64,000 nucleotides of DNA from Mobula hypostoma (taxonomy: Eukaryota), in contig NC_086097.1 in the NCBI RefSeq assembly GCF_963921235.1, positions 173,602,001 to 173,666,000 of the forward strand. Reading direction: 5' to 3'. Of this stretch, positions 13,891 through 24,410 are shown one piece after another (position 1 is the first letter of the stretch; each line of letters starts with the position of its first letter). The notes beneath the pieces are model-generated. The model was not told the DNA's origin, ran no database searches, and was given only the letters and a program-made list of their open reading frames with translations. The position numbers and the translations under genes were made by a program.

Positions 13891-14096
13891 AGCAACATAC
13901 ATCAAAGTTGCTGGTGAACGCAGCAGGCCAAGCAGCATCTATAGGAAGAGGCGCAGTCGACGTTAGTCCTGACGAAGGGTCTCGGCCTGAAACGTCGACT
14001 GCGCCTCTTCCTATAGATGCTGCTTGGCCTGCTGCGTTCACCAGCAACTTTGATGTATGTTGCTTGAATTTCCAGCATCTGCAGAATTCCTGTTGT
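13891..14096 (+). mobile_element. Young Penelope-derived fold-back insertion: 74-bp perfect inverted arms, 26-nt loop and unpaired tail
   Basis: 13891-13964 is the exact reverse complement of 13991-14064. Tail is tgaatttccagcatctgcagaattcctgttg. Duplication ttgaattcctattcta at 13876-13891 and 14097-14112. Confidence 0.9.
13965..14000 (+). ncRNA. Minimal type I hammerhead ribozyme motif
   Basis: AGUC-CUGACGA-AGG(GUCUCGG)CCU-GAAA-CG-UC/GACU: intact core, stem I AGUC:GACU, 3-bp stem II, palindromic ACGU stem III. Predicted cut after C13996. Confidence 0.75.
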
Positions 14097-15689
14097 TTGA
14101 ATTCCTATTCTATGTTATTTTCTTATGCATCATTCTGAAATTTTAGGTTCAAGAGTGCATTTTCACAAAGCATGAAAAGTTTCCTGTTTCATTAATAGGT
14201 TTAGATGTATTAGTACTATAGGTAAAACCCTTGACATCCATTTAACAAAGTACACATTTCAACTAAGAGTAATAAAATGATAGCTAGAACAAAGAAAATG
14301 GTAATATCCTGTTTAGTATTACGTAATCTCTGACACTATGTTTATAAGTAATTTAGGGCAAGGCTATGAGATGACAGTTGTTACATTGAAATAGAGTCAA
14401 GTGATAAGTGGAGTTCAACTGGCCAATTTGACAGCGTTTAAGGCAATGTTATCTTTTTATGTACAATTTTTTTATTTTGAAGACCACATCTTCAGAAGCA
14501 GCGTGTGCAAGCTTACATATAATCATCCATTTTGGGTTCTAAAGCATAGGGGTTTGGCTGTTGATGAATAGAATCTTCCAGTGCCATGAAGATTATGTCA
14601 CAAAGTTGCTTTTAACAACATTTGAAACAAATTCTGCTCATCTGAAGGTAAGAGCACTTAATTCCAAATTGGAACAGATTTTAACCAGGCAAGAGATCTG
14701 CCGATATCCACAAAGCAAAGAGCAACACAGTCAGCCAGTCTTGGTGCCAATCCAAACAAACCAAATGCCTCTTGGGTAAAGAGATTCATGCTTACAAGCT
14801 CCTAATATTAATTTAGGACATAAACTAGAGAATGCCAGAAATCTTCAACAGATCCCATAGTGGGAAACTGCAGGTGCTAGAAAAACAATGACTGCATTGG
14901 AACTGAGAATGCAGTGGGAAGATAGCCAGTATAAGAGGTTAGAGGGAGGGGTAAAACAGAAACTGGTTGGTAATATGTCAAATCAGATTGAGGAAACGAG
15001 TGATGAGCAGAAGGAACTAGGTGGGGTAGAGAGAGAGGTGAGTGTTGAGAAAGAAGTAGGTCAAGGATAGGTGAAAACCAATAAGGGAAGGATGATGGGA
15101 GATGGAACTAGGTGGGGGATGGGTTCGGAAAGGTGACATGGTCATAGCACTGGTTCTGATTAAAAGTCTACAACATTGCAAATTGCAAATCTTTTACCAA
15201 ATCCAGTGCTAACCAAAGCTCTTCATGGACTGCAGAGATTTATTATTTCTTTATGAAGACTAATTTTATGACCAGTTCTTCTAGCAATGATCAAAAAGAT
15301 TTGTGAAATATCTGTAATTTGAGGCAAACATATTTAAAATAGTTATATTAAACAGAAGGTTGTGCTTTGCACCGTACTGCTACCACAAAACAACAAATTC
15401 AATGTCATATATTGTAAGTCAGAGATAATAAACTTGTTTCTGATTCTGCCTGCAAAAGGAAGCATGTACCGCTGTTAAATCTCTAATATTAGCCAGCATT
15501 TGCAGTTTATATTTTGCCAAAAAACATGATTCCAGAAGAGAAATATAAAACTTGCCAAAGAAAACTGAGGAGCAAAAGATGCTGTGTCAACTGAAAGAAC
15601 ACAACTTCATGATATCTGAAGCCAAAGTATCAATAACAATGTTCCAGTTTTTTTAAATCATGCTTTATTTGGTCATGGTTATGGGTTTC

Positions 15690-16740
15690 ATAGAGCATGG
15701 AACAGTACAACACAGTACAGAAAGAGGCTCTTCAGCCCACGATGTTATGCTGAACAGAATCAATAATGCTTAACTTCACTTACCATTCTTTCTGGACATG
15801 GTCCATATTTCACCATTCTTTGCACATTCATGTGCTAATCTAAGAGACTCTTAAACAACTCTATCACATCTACCTCCATCATCAATCTGGTAGTCATTCC
15901 AGGCACTTAATAGTCTGTGTAAAACAGACACTTGCCCCACACATCTCTTTTCAATTTACGCCCCTCACCTTAAATGTATGCGCTCCAGTATTGGACATTT
16001 CAACCCTGGGAAAAGATACCTGTTGTCCACTCTATCTGTACCACTCATAACTTCATAAACTCCTATCAGGTACCTACTCAGACTCCGCTGCTCTAGAGAA
16101 AACAACCCAAGTTTGTCCAACCTCTCCTTACTTGCCCTCAATCTAGCTCACATCCAAATAAACCTCTTGTCACCTTCCCCACATCCTTCCTTTAATGTGC
16201 CAATAAGAAATGAATGCAATCCTCTAGTTGTGGCCCAACTGTAGTTTTATAAAGTTGCATCCTAACTTCCTGACTCTTGAACTTAGTGCCTCAACTAATA
16301 AAGGCTCGGCATGCTAAATGGCTTCTTTACAACCCATTCAATTTGTGTGGCTAATTTCAGGGAGCTATGGACATGGACCCCAAGATTTCTCTGTATGCCA
16401 TTAACAGTGTACTTTCCCTTTACGTTTGATTTCTGAAAGTGCAATGACAAGAATTGTGCTGCACAAAGCCATGCTGACTAACTTTTTAAGGTCATGCCTT
16501 TCCAACTTCTCAAAAATCCTAACTCTAAGAATCCTCTTCAATGTGAAAATTCAAGCGTCTATAATTACCAGGATTATACTTATTTGTACAAAGGAACAGC
16601 ATTTGCTACTCGCCAGTCCTTCTGGACCTTGCCTGTGGCTAGAGATGTCACAAAGAAGCTGTTTCTCAATTCTTGTCTCTCTCAGTAATCTGGGTTATAT
16701 CCTAGTAGGCTCTGTAGGCTTGTCCACCTTAGTATTCAAG
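15690..16740 (-). mobile_element. Old CR1 LINE fragments
   Basis: CR1 3' tail (catagagcatggaacagtacaacacag) followed by degraded RT-homologous sequence. Confidence 0.7.
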
Positions 16741-16741
16741 A

Positions 16742-17115
16742 GATGGTGGTGTCTGAAAAGAGGATGCTGTCCAAGTTGAATGCCATCTTGGACAATTTCT
16801 CCCATCCATTACATAATGTACTGGTTGGGCACAGGAGTACATTCAGCCAGAGACTCATTCCACTGAGATGCAGCACAGAGTGTCATAGGAAGTCATTCCT
16901 GCCTGTGGCCATCAAACTTTACAACTCCTCCCTTGGAGGGTCAGACACCCTGAGCCAATAGGCTGGTCCTGGACATATTTCCATCTGGCATAATTTACAT
17001 ATCATTATTTAATTATTTATGGTTTTATATTGCTATATTTATACTCTATTCTTGGTTGGTGCAACTGTAACAAAACCCAGTTTCCCTCAGGATCAATAAA
17101 GCATGACTATGGCTA
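16742..17115 (+). mobile_element. Rex1-type LINE 3' end
   Basis: ILDNFSHPLH...RKSFLPVAIKLYN; tail ggatcaataaagcatgactatggctatg. Confidence 0.8.
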
Positions 17116-17814
17116 TGAAACACTGTGGATTTCTTTGAGATCCCCTTTAATTTTTCAGAACACTAATGAAAACAAGCCTATTTGCCTATTTTTTTCTTCA
17201 TGTGTCAGTCCTGCTATCCCAAGAATCATTCCTGTGAGCACGTTTAGACTTTAAAAGGTAGCTCCATCTGTGATGCTGAATCTCTTATCAAAGCAATTAT
17301 GACTTTGATAAGGAATACATTACCAAAAGGTGTCATTTGGTCACAATAAAATAAAGCAATTCAATCATACTTCATGGCAAAGACAATCTACAGCTCTTGT
17401 TCAGATACAAAAGCCAAGGCAATACACATCTGCTAAAAAGTTAAAGGTCTGTAAGGAAGTGCTATCTATCTTCATTTGGAGCAAAATCCCCACTTTTTTT
17501 ATTAATCCCTTATGAGAAGTATAGGAAACATGATGAAATTTCACATGAAACAATGGAAATCCAGCTGAATTTTAAATACCTTACATTTCAAAAAAATGAA
17601 ATACCACATTCTATGCTTATTTCAAATTTCTTTGACTTATTTTTACATGTTTAGCACTTCAGATCTTCAATTATGCAGACACAATCAGCTTATTTGAAAG
17701 TTTTAGATTGTTAAACTTATGAAAATCAGATCTGTTAATTAAGGAGCAAGATGGTACTTAGATACACTGGTCTCAGTTTGAAGAATTGACAAGGAAACTA
17801 TTGGAAAAACTATT

Positions 17815-19065
17815 TGATGGATCGAAGGTACTACTTAAGTTCTACAGAGGTACCATAGAGAGCATTTTGTCTGGTTACATCAGAGCCTGGTATGGAGGCT
17901 CTAATGCACAAGACCAAAAGAGGGTGCAGAAGATTGTAGACTCAGGCAGCTGCATCACAGGCACAGGCTTCTCCACCATGAAGGACATCTTCAAAAGGTG
18001 GTGCCTCATGAAAGAGGCATCCATCATTAGGACCCTCACCATCCAGGACATCCCTTCTTGTCATTACTATTCTTCTCATTCTCATTGTGTCTAGAAAACA
18101 ACCTCTCCCTCAATGTCACAAAAACAAAGGAGCTGGTTGTGGATTACAGGAGGAATGGAGACAGGCTAACTCCTACTGACATCAATGGATCTGGAGTTGC
18201 GAGGGTAAACAGCTTTAAGTTCCTTGGCATCCACATCACCGAGGACCTCACGTGGTCTGTACACACCAGCTGTGTGGTGAAAGAGGTACAAAAGTGCCTT
18301 TATCACCTCAGATGGTTGAGGAAGTTTGGTATGAGCCCCCAAGTCCTAAGAATTTTCTACAGGGGCACAATTGAGAGCATCCTGACTGGCTGTATCACTG
18401 CCTGGTATGGGAACTGTACCTCCCTTAATCACAGGATTCTGCAGAGAGCAGTGGGGACAGCCCAGCACATCTGTAGTTGTGAACTACACATGATTCAGGA
18501 CATTTACAAAGACAGGTGTGAAAAAAGCACCTGAAGGATCATTGGGGAGACACCCCAATCACACAATCTATTCCAGCTGCTACCATCCGGGAAATAGCAC
18601 CGCAGCATAAAAGCCAGGACCACAGGCTCCGAGACAGCTTCTTCCACTATGCCATCAGACTGATTTACTCAAGTTGATTTGAGTGTATTCTATGTTACAT
18701 TGAATGTTCTATTTATTCTAATTATAATTACTATCATTGCACATTTAGACGGAGACATCACATAAGGATTTTTACTCCTCGTGTATATGAAGGGTGTAAG
18801 AAATAAAGTCTCTTCAATTCAATTCCCTTCTGGAGAAGGTACAGGAACTTGAATCTGCTCACTCAATGTTTTAGGAACATTCTCCTCTCTGCCATCCGAT
18901 TTCTGAACAGTCCATGAATTCATGAACACTATCTCACTATTCCTTTTTTGCACTGTTAATTTATGTTTTTATTGCAATTTATAGTAATTTTTTGTATCTT
19001 GTACTGTACTGCCACCACAAAACAGCAAATTTCATGTCATATATCAGTGATAATAAATTTGTTTC
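17815..19065 (+). mobile_element. Old Rex1/Babar-type fragment interrupted by a younger Rex1/Babar-type copy (~18084-18825)
   Basis: Two FYRGTIESIL(S/T)G motifs. The inner copy ends in an (attca)n tail and the outer copy resumes at ccttctggagaaggtacagg. Confidence 0.75.
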
Positions 19066-19739
19066 TGTGTTTATTCCCTGCAGATCCCTGCAACAAACTA
19101 TTTCAATACACCTTTAAGAACAGTGCAACATAAGAAATATGACCAGGAGTAATCTATCTGGTGCACCAAGCCTGCTCGGTTATTCAATAAGATTATAGCT
19201 AATCTGACCAAGTGGAAATTCTTCTTAACTTAACTTTCACCTTTGGGAATATTTCCATTCATCAAAATTACCATGAAAAATCTCTTGGGTCACATTGCCT
19301 TCTAAGCCAAATCTTTCTTCTTCACAGCATATTCTATTTAATATATGAACGATCTTTGGGTTTCATTGATTTAGAACTGCCAAAGTACCTCAAAGTCATT
19401 TTGAGCAAAAAATGTGTGTTCTTAAAGAAGTGCTTCAGCTTCTATCACTTCTTTGTCCCTGTATTCTATGAGGAAGTACACAGTCCACAATACATCTAAA
19501 CACCATTCTTACAACAAATCCAATCTCCACAAGCCTGCTCACTAGCAAATTCCCTGAAAGATGTACTTCAGAGTACTCTCTAGCAGATGCTGCAGTTGCA
19601 ATTCACATTAGAATTAGCAGGTCACCAAAACCTTCTTAATAATTCCAATTAGTACATGACTTTCCCAATGGATTGCACCATCTAGAGTAAAGAACTCTGG
19701 AGATTTCAGCATTAAACAGTTTCTCCTGCTAAAATTTTT

Positions 19740-20480
19740 TCTTCGTTTAACGCAGCCCCTTGGGATTGAGGATGAATTGCTTCCACTCCAATATTGTGGC
19801 TTCTGAGATGACCAATGACCACCTCAGAATTGTACACTCTTCCACAGATGGGACAGAACACTTTTGATGCACATTCCTCAGGATTCTCAACACTACCCCA
19901 AATACTTCTTCTCCAGTTTGAGCAATCTTGGGCCAAGACTGCCAATAGTAAGTTGGAATGTTGTACTTTGTTCATGGCCACTTCCAACACATAAGTGAAT
20001 TTTTTCTTCTGTCCATCTGATGATGGTTTCCCCTGACAGAAAAGAGTGTCTGATTCATGAGTCTGTGTCAAGCATGCTCATAATGTGGCCAGCCTTACAG
20101 AGCCAAATCCGTGTAACTAGGGCTCAGTGTTAGGGATGTTCACCTCAGAGAAGGAAATGCCTTTAATTAATTTATTATACAACTGAATTTCAAGGATTTT
20201 GCTGTGACAGCTTTGGTGGTCTCCTTCCAGTGCCTTTAGGTTCCCACTGACAGCGTCTCAGAAGCATACTGGAAAGCAGGGATCACTATTGCTTGAAAGA
20301 CCATGAGTTTTGTGCAGATGTGAGGTCTTGAGCTTTAGGGCATCACTGTCTACGTGCATGTTGCTATCACTGTCTGCTCCACAAGATGACAGAAACTTTT
20401 TCTCCACCAGGAACATATTTCACTGTACCTATGTACAATTAGGAGCAATGAACAAAAGCACCTGAGCCTGTACCAATATT
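19740..20480 (-). mobile_element. RTE-type LINE 3' fragment, degraded
   Basis: LAQDCSNWRRSIW followed by CPICGR...GHLRSH, a C2H2-like terminal motif typical of RTE/BovB-like ORFs. Confidence 0.6.
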
Positions 20481-20669
20481 GTTGATGGATACCATAATGA
20501 CTACATTTTACAACAAATCTAGATTCTATATCTGTAATCTCTTGTATCTCCATACTTTCTTTGTATCATCCAACTTTGAATGGTTAGGACGGTCATCAGA
20601 AACACAATTCCATTACGTTTTCAATCAGATCATCGGTGGTCAGCATCAGAAATGTATTTATTTGTTTAC

Positions 20670-20900
20670 TGATACAGCACAGAGTGGGCCCTTCAGGCCC
20701 CGACAGCCCTGCAAATACTAATAAACCCGATTCACCCTAACCTAATCATGGGACAATTTACAATGACCAATTAATCTCATCAGTACATCTTTGAACACCT
20801 TTGGGAGGAAACCTGAACATTCCACGGCAGGATTCACAAAGACTCCTTACTGAATGGTGCCAAAATTAAACACCGAACTCCGGAACGCGCTGACCTGTTT
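20670..20900 (-). mobile_element. V-SINE fragment
   Basis: ggacaatttacaatgaccaattaa...gggaggaaacc core, as at 8372-8642. Confidence 0.65.
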
Positions 20901-21054
20901 CATTAATAACTTCGTGTCACAAATAAAGCTTCAATACCAACCAAAGCACAATTGAATAAATCAATAAGTTTTTACAAACACTGGCAGCTTCAATACTTTG
21001 AAGCCTTTGTTTCTGAGTAAAATTAGAGTTTGGACAAGCCACAAAACTAACACA

Positions 21055-21632
21055 TACCGGCTCTGTGGTGAAAAAGGCACAACAGTGCCTCTTTCACCTC
21101 AGACAGTTGAAGAAGCTTGTTATGGGCCCCCAAATCTTAAGAACTTTCGACAGGGGCACAACTGAGAGCATCCTGACTGGCTGCATCACCGCTTGGTATG
21201 GGAACTGTACTTCCCTTAATCACAGGACCCTGCAGTGAGTGGTGCCGACAGCGCAGCGCATCTGTAGATATGAACTTCCCACTATTCAAGACATCTACAA
21301 AGACAGGTGCGACAAAAGGGCTCGAAGGATCATTGGGGACCCGAATCATTCCAACCACAAACTGTTCCAGCTGCTACCATCCGGGAAACGGTACCGCAGC
21401 TTAAAAGCCAGGACTAACTGGTTCCAGGACAGCTTATTCCATCAGGCCATCAGACTGCTTAATACACGCTGATACAATTGCATTTCTATGTTACATAGGT
21501 TGTCCTATTGTATATACTATTTATTATAAATTACTATAAGTTGCACATTGCACATTTAGACGAAGACATAACATAAAGATTTTTACTCCTCATGTATATG
21601 AAGGATGTAAGAAATAAAGTCAATTCAATTCA
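21055..21632 (+). mobile_element. Rex1/Babar-type LINE 3' fragment
   Basis: Similar to 18260-18825; LFQLLPSGKRYRSLKART; tail aataaagtcaattcaattca. Confidence 0.8.
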
Positions 21633-21638
21633 TTAACA

Positions 21639-22519
21639 TAGGTTGAGTACCCCTTATCCAAAATTCCAAAACCCGAAACTTCCAAAATTTGTATTTTTTG
21701 TTAACGCTGACATGATGTCACAAATGGAAAATTCCATAAAGTGCTGAGAAGGTTCCCGGGGGTGGGCAGGTCTCTGCGCACCACAGACAGTTCTGAGAAG
21801 CGTCCTCACATACACAATGAACAGAAGTTCATGAAATACAGAAAAACTCTGCATAAAACAAAAAAATCTAGAAATCAATCGTGTATTAGAAGAACAGATT
21901 TGTCAGCATCGGAGTGAACATATGCCACTTAACTGTATGCTGATCATGAAACAAGCAAAGATCTATCACAAAGTACTGAAAATTGAAGGCAATTGCGAAT
22001 ATTCAGCAGGGTGGTTGCAGAAATTTAAGAAAAGGCACAGCATTAAATTTTTGAAGTGTCTGCTGATCACAAAAATCTAACACCAGAACAAGTCCACAAT
22101 GCTGATTGCTTTTGTACTTTACATAAAACCTTAAAAAAAGGTAATATACAAATACAGTGTACTGTAACCTATTAATCAAAACATGGCATCGTAGGTGGAG
22201 ACTGAAAGCCTGCCATTGTGTGTTGTTGCTCAACAGCTGATTCAGGTTCTCTCCCAATGCTGCTCTGATGCTTTTGTTATCCTGCGCACATTACATTTTC
22301 TTGTTAATTGTACGTAATAACTTTCACTATTAAGTACATACAATATGTGTGATGAGCAAATGGAAGGCAAAGAATACTTACCAATAGTACATAAATTCAA
22401 AGTTGGAAATTATGGTGATCTCAAGCTAAATATATCATTAAATATTCCAAAATCCAAAGAAATCTGAAATCCAAAACACTTCCAGCCCCAAGCAGTTCAG
22501 AAAAAGAGTACTCACTCTG
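21639..22519 (+). mobile_element. Internally deleted Tigger (pogo/TcMar) DNA transposon, Tigger4/Zombi-like
   Basis: Degenerate TIRs (aggttgagtaccccttatcc ... aagagtactcactctg|ta). 21880-22056 translates RVLEEQICQHRSEHMPLNCMLIMKQAKIYHKVLKIEGNCEYSAGWLQKFKKRHSIKFLK, a CENP-B-type HTH. Confidence 0.8.
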
Positions 22520-23529
22520 TACCAGTTGCATCAAACCCCAAGAAGGTTCATCTAGGTTCAGTAGTTATAGGGACCATCTCCTCCTTTGGCAATCCAGATG
22601 AACAATCTTGAAAGTGTTAGGTGTGAGAGTAAGGAAAATTGTAAAGTGAAAAAGCCAGAGAAGGGGGAGCAAACAGTTGTAGACCATATTTTGGCTCATC
22701 ACATAGATAGCAAGATATCAGAAATCTCTTCAGGTGAATTCAGAATATTACAAATCAAGCATCTCCCTACTGACTTTACAACTTCCCAGAATCCTAATTC
22801 ATTTAAGCATAGCAATGAGAAAAACCACAAAACATAACAAAATGTGCAGGAGAATTAAGGAAATTAGGATGTGTCTAAAGATATTAAGCAGATGGAACGG
22901 ATAAGAACACTATGTTGTAGCTTATTCTATTGCATGAGGACAAGCTAGATCCGAACAGTGGAAGTGGAGGTGCTTGAATATAGCTCAAAATGAATATAGC
23001 TCAAAATGTTAAAGGAAAAAATGACCCAAATGAATAAAATATAAAATAAAAATATAGCAGTGCTAAAGGATAAAACTAACCGCACAAAGGGGAAAAATGG
23101 GTAAGTTTAATAATCTGGCAGATAACCATCCAGTAATAGGTAAGAGTAGAGCAATCAGACCAAAGCGAACAAATTAGGAATAGTAAAAAGTTTCAAGAAA
23201 GTTGGGCTTACATTTCAGAATCAAATGGGGAGAACAGAATACTTTAAAGTTTTTTTTAGTGGTGCAATGCACAAGACTTGAAAATAAACCAGAAGAGCAG
23301 TTATTTTACAGACTTAACAACATAAGCAGAGACCTGGCTGCAAATAAAACAAAAAACAGAAAAGATTCAAGTTGTTATTGATTTAGGAGAAGAAAACCAC
23401 AGAAGTAGAATGGTGAGGCTGGCAGAAGAGCAAGAACGTGATGTGTGAAGTTAAAAATAAATAAGGAATAGATTCAGAGCTTGTTGATATGGTTGGAACT
23501 CCTTCATAAAGAAGTTTTTATCGATTTAG

Positions 23530-23900
23530 TGACATTACAGTTATATCGCTGGGCCTGTAATATAGCAGTCTAGACTAATAATCTGGAGATCCAACATCTT
23601 TTCTTATAAAGGCAATTTTAAGTTCAGTTAACTAATTAAGTAAACCAGGAATAAAAAGCTCTTATTAATAACTATGAATATGAAACTACTGGATTATTGT
23701 TAAAACAAGTTTCAGGTTCACTGATGTCCTTCAGAGAAGGAAGTATACCTTTCTTATTTGTTCTGGCCTATTTAAGATTCTAAACACACGACAAACTTCA
23801 CTGTCCTCCAGATCAGCTGAGCCAGACACTTCTCAAGGGAAGTAGAGGTGGTGAATAAATGATAACCTTACTGGAAACACCAGACTCTGGTGAGTGGAAA
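23530..23900 (+). mobile_element. Old tRNA-derived SINE with L2-like tail; a related antisense relic lies at ~5340-5530
   Basis: Recurring core ggttcactgatgtccttcagagaaggaa; its reverse complement is recognisable near 5370-5405. Confidence 0.45.
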
Positions 23901-23929
23901 AAGCACAGGAGGAAGTGGACTCAGAAATT

Positions 23930-24410
23930 TAGAGTCAGATTATATGTGCACGAATTATGGTTTTTTAAGCAGAATTTAGTTTTATAAGTTGTGAAATTTG
24001 TTGTTTTACGGCAGCAGTACAGTGCAGTACATAAAACTTTCTATAAGACAGTAATAATATATCTAAAAAATAAATAAATAGTGCATAAAGAGAGAGCAAA
24101 ACAGTCAGGGAGTGTTCATTGGTTCATGTACCATTCAGAAATCTGAAGGTGAAGGAAATGTTCCTAAAAGTATTGAATGTAACTCTTCAGGCTCCTGTAG
24201 TAGTAATGAAGGCATTTGCTGATGGTGAGGGCCCTTCATGTTGGAGGCTGCCTTCTTGCGGTATCATCTTTTGAAGGTGTCCTAGATGGTGGGGAGGCTA
24301 TTGCCCATAAAGGAGTTGGCTGAGTTTTCCCATGCAGCTTTTTCTGGTCCTGTGCACTGGCAACTCCATTCCATACAGTGATGCAGCCAGTAAGAATGCT
24401 TTGACTGAAT
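23930..24410 (-). mobile_element. Rex1/Babar-type 3' fragment
   Basis: Reverse complement of the ctggctgcatcactgtatgg...gcacaggaccagaaaaagctgc region and the Rex-type 3' UTR. Confidence 0.7.

Noticed and set aside
13891..14064. Hairpin as a canonical conserved microRNA or a TIR-type MITE
   Set aside because: The asymmetric tail, 16-bp duplication and homology to the PLE terminus at 9421 indicate retroelement origin. Small-RNA production remains untested.
18058..18534. ALKBH8-like (DUF1891) similarity in KK..QRLY.LR.L.KFG peptides
   Set aside because: This motif is part of Rex1/Babar ORFs and recurs in many degraded copies here.
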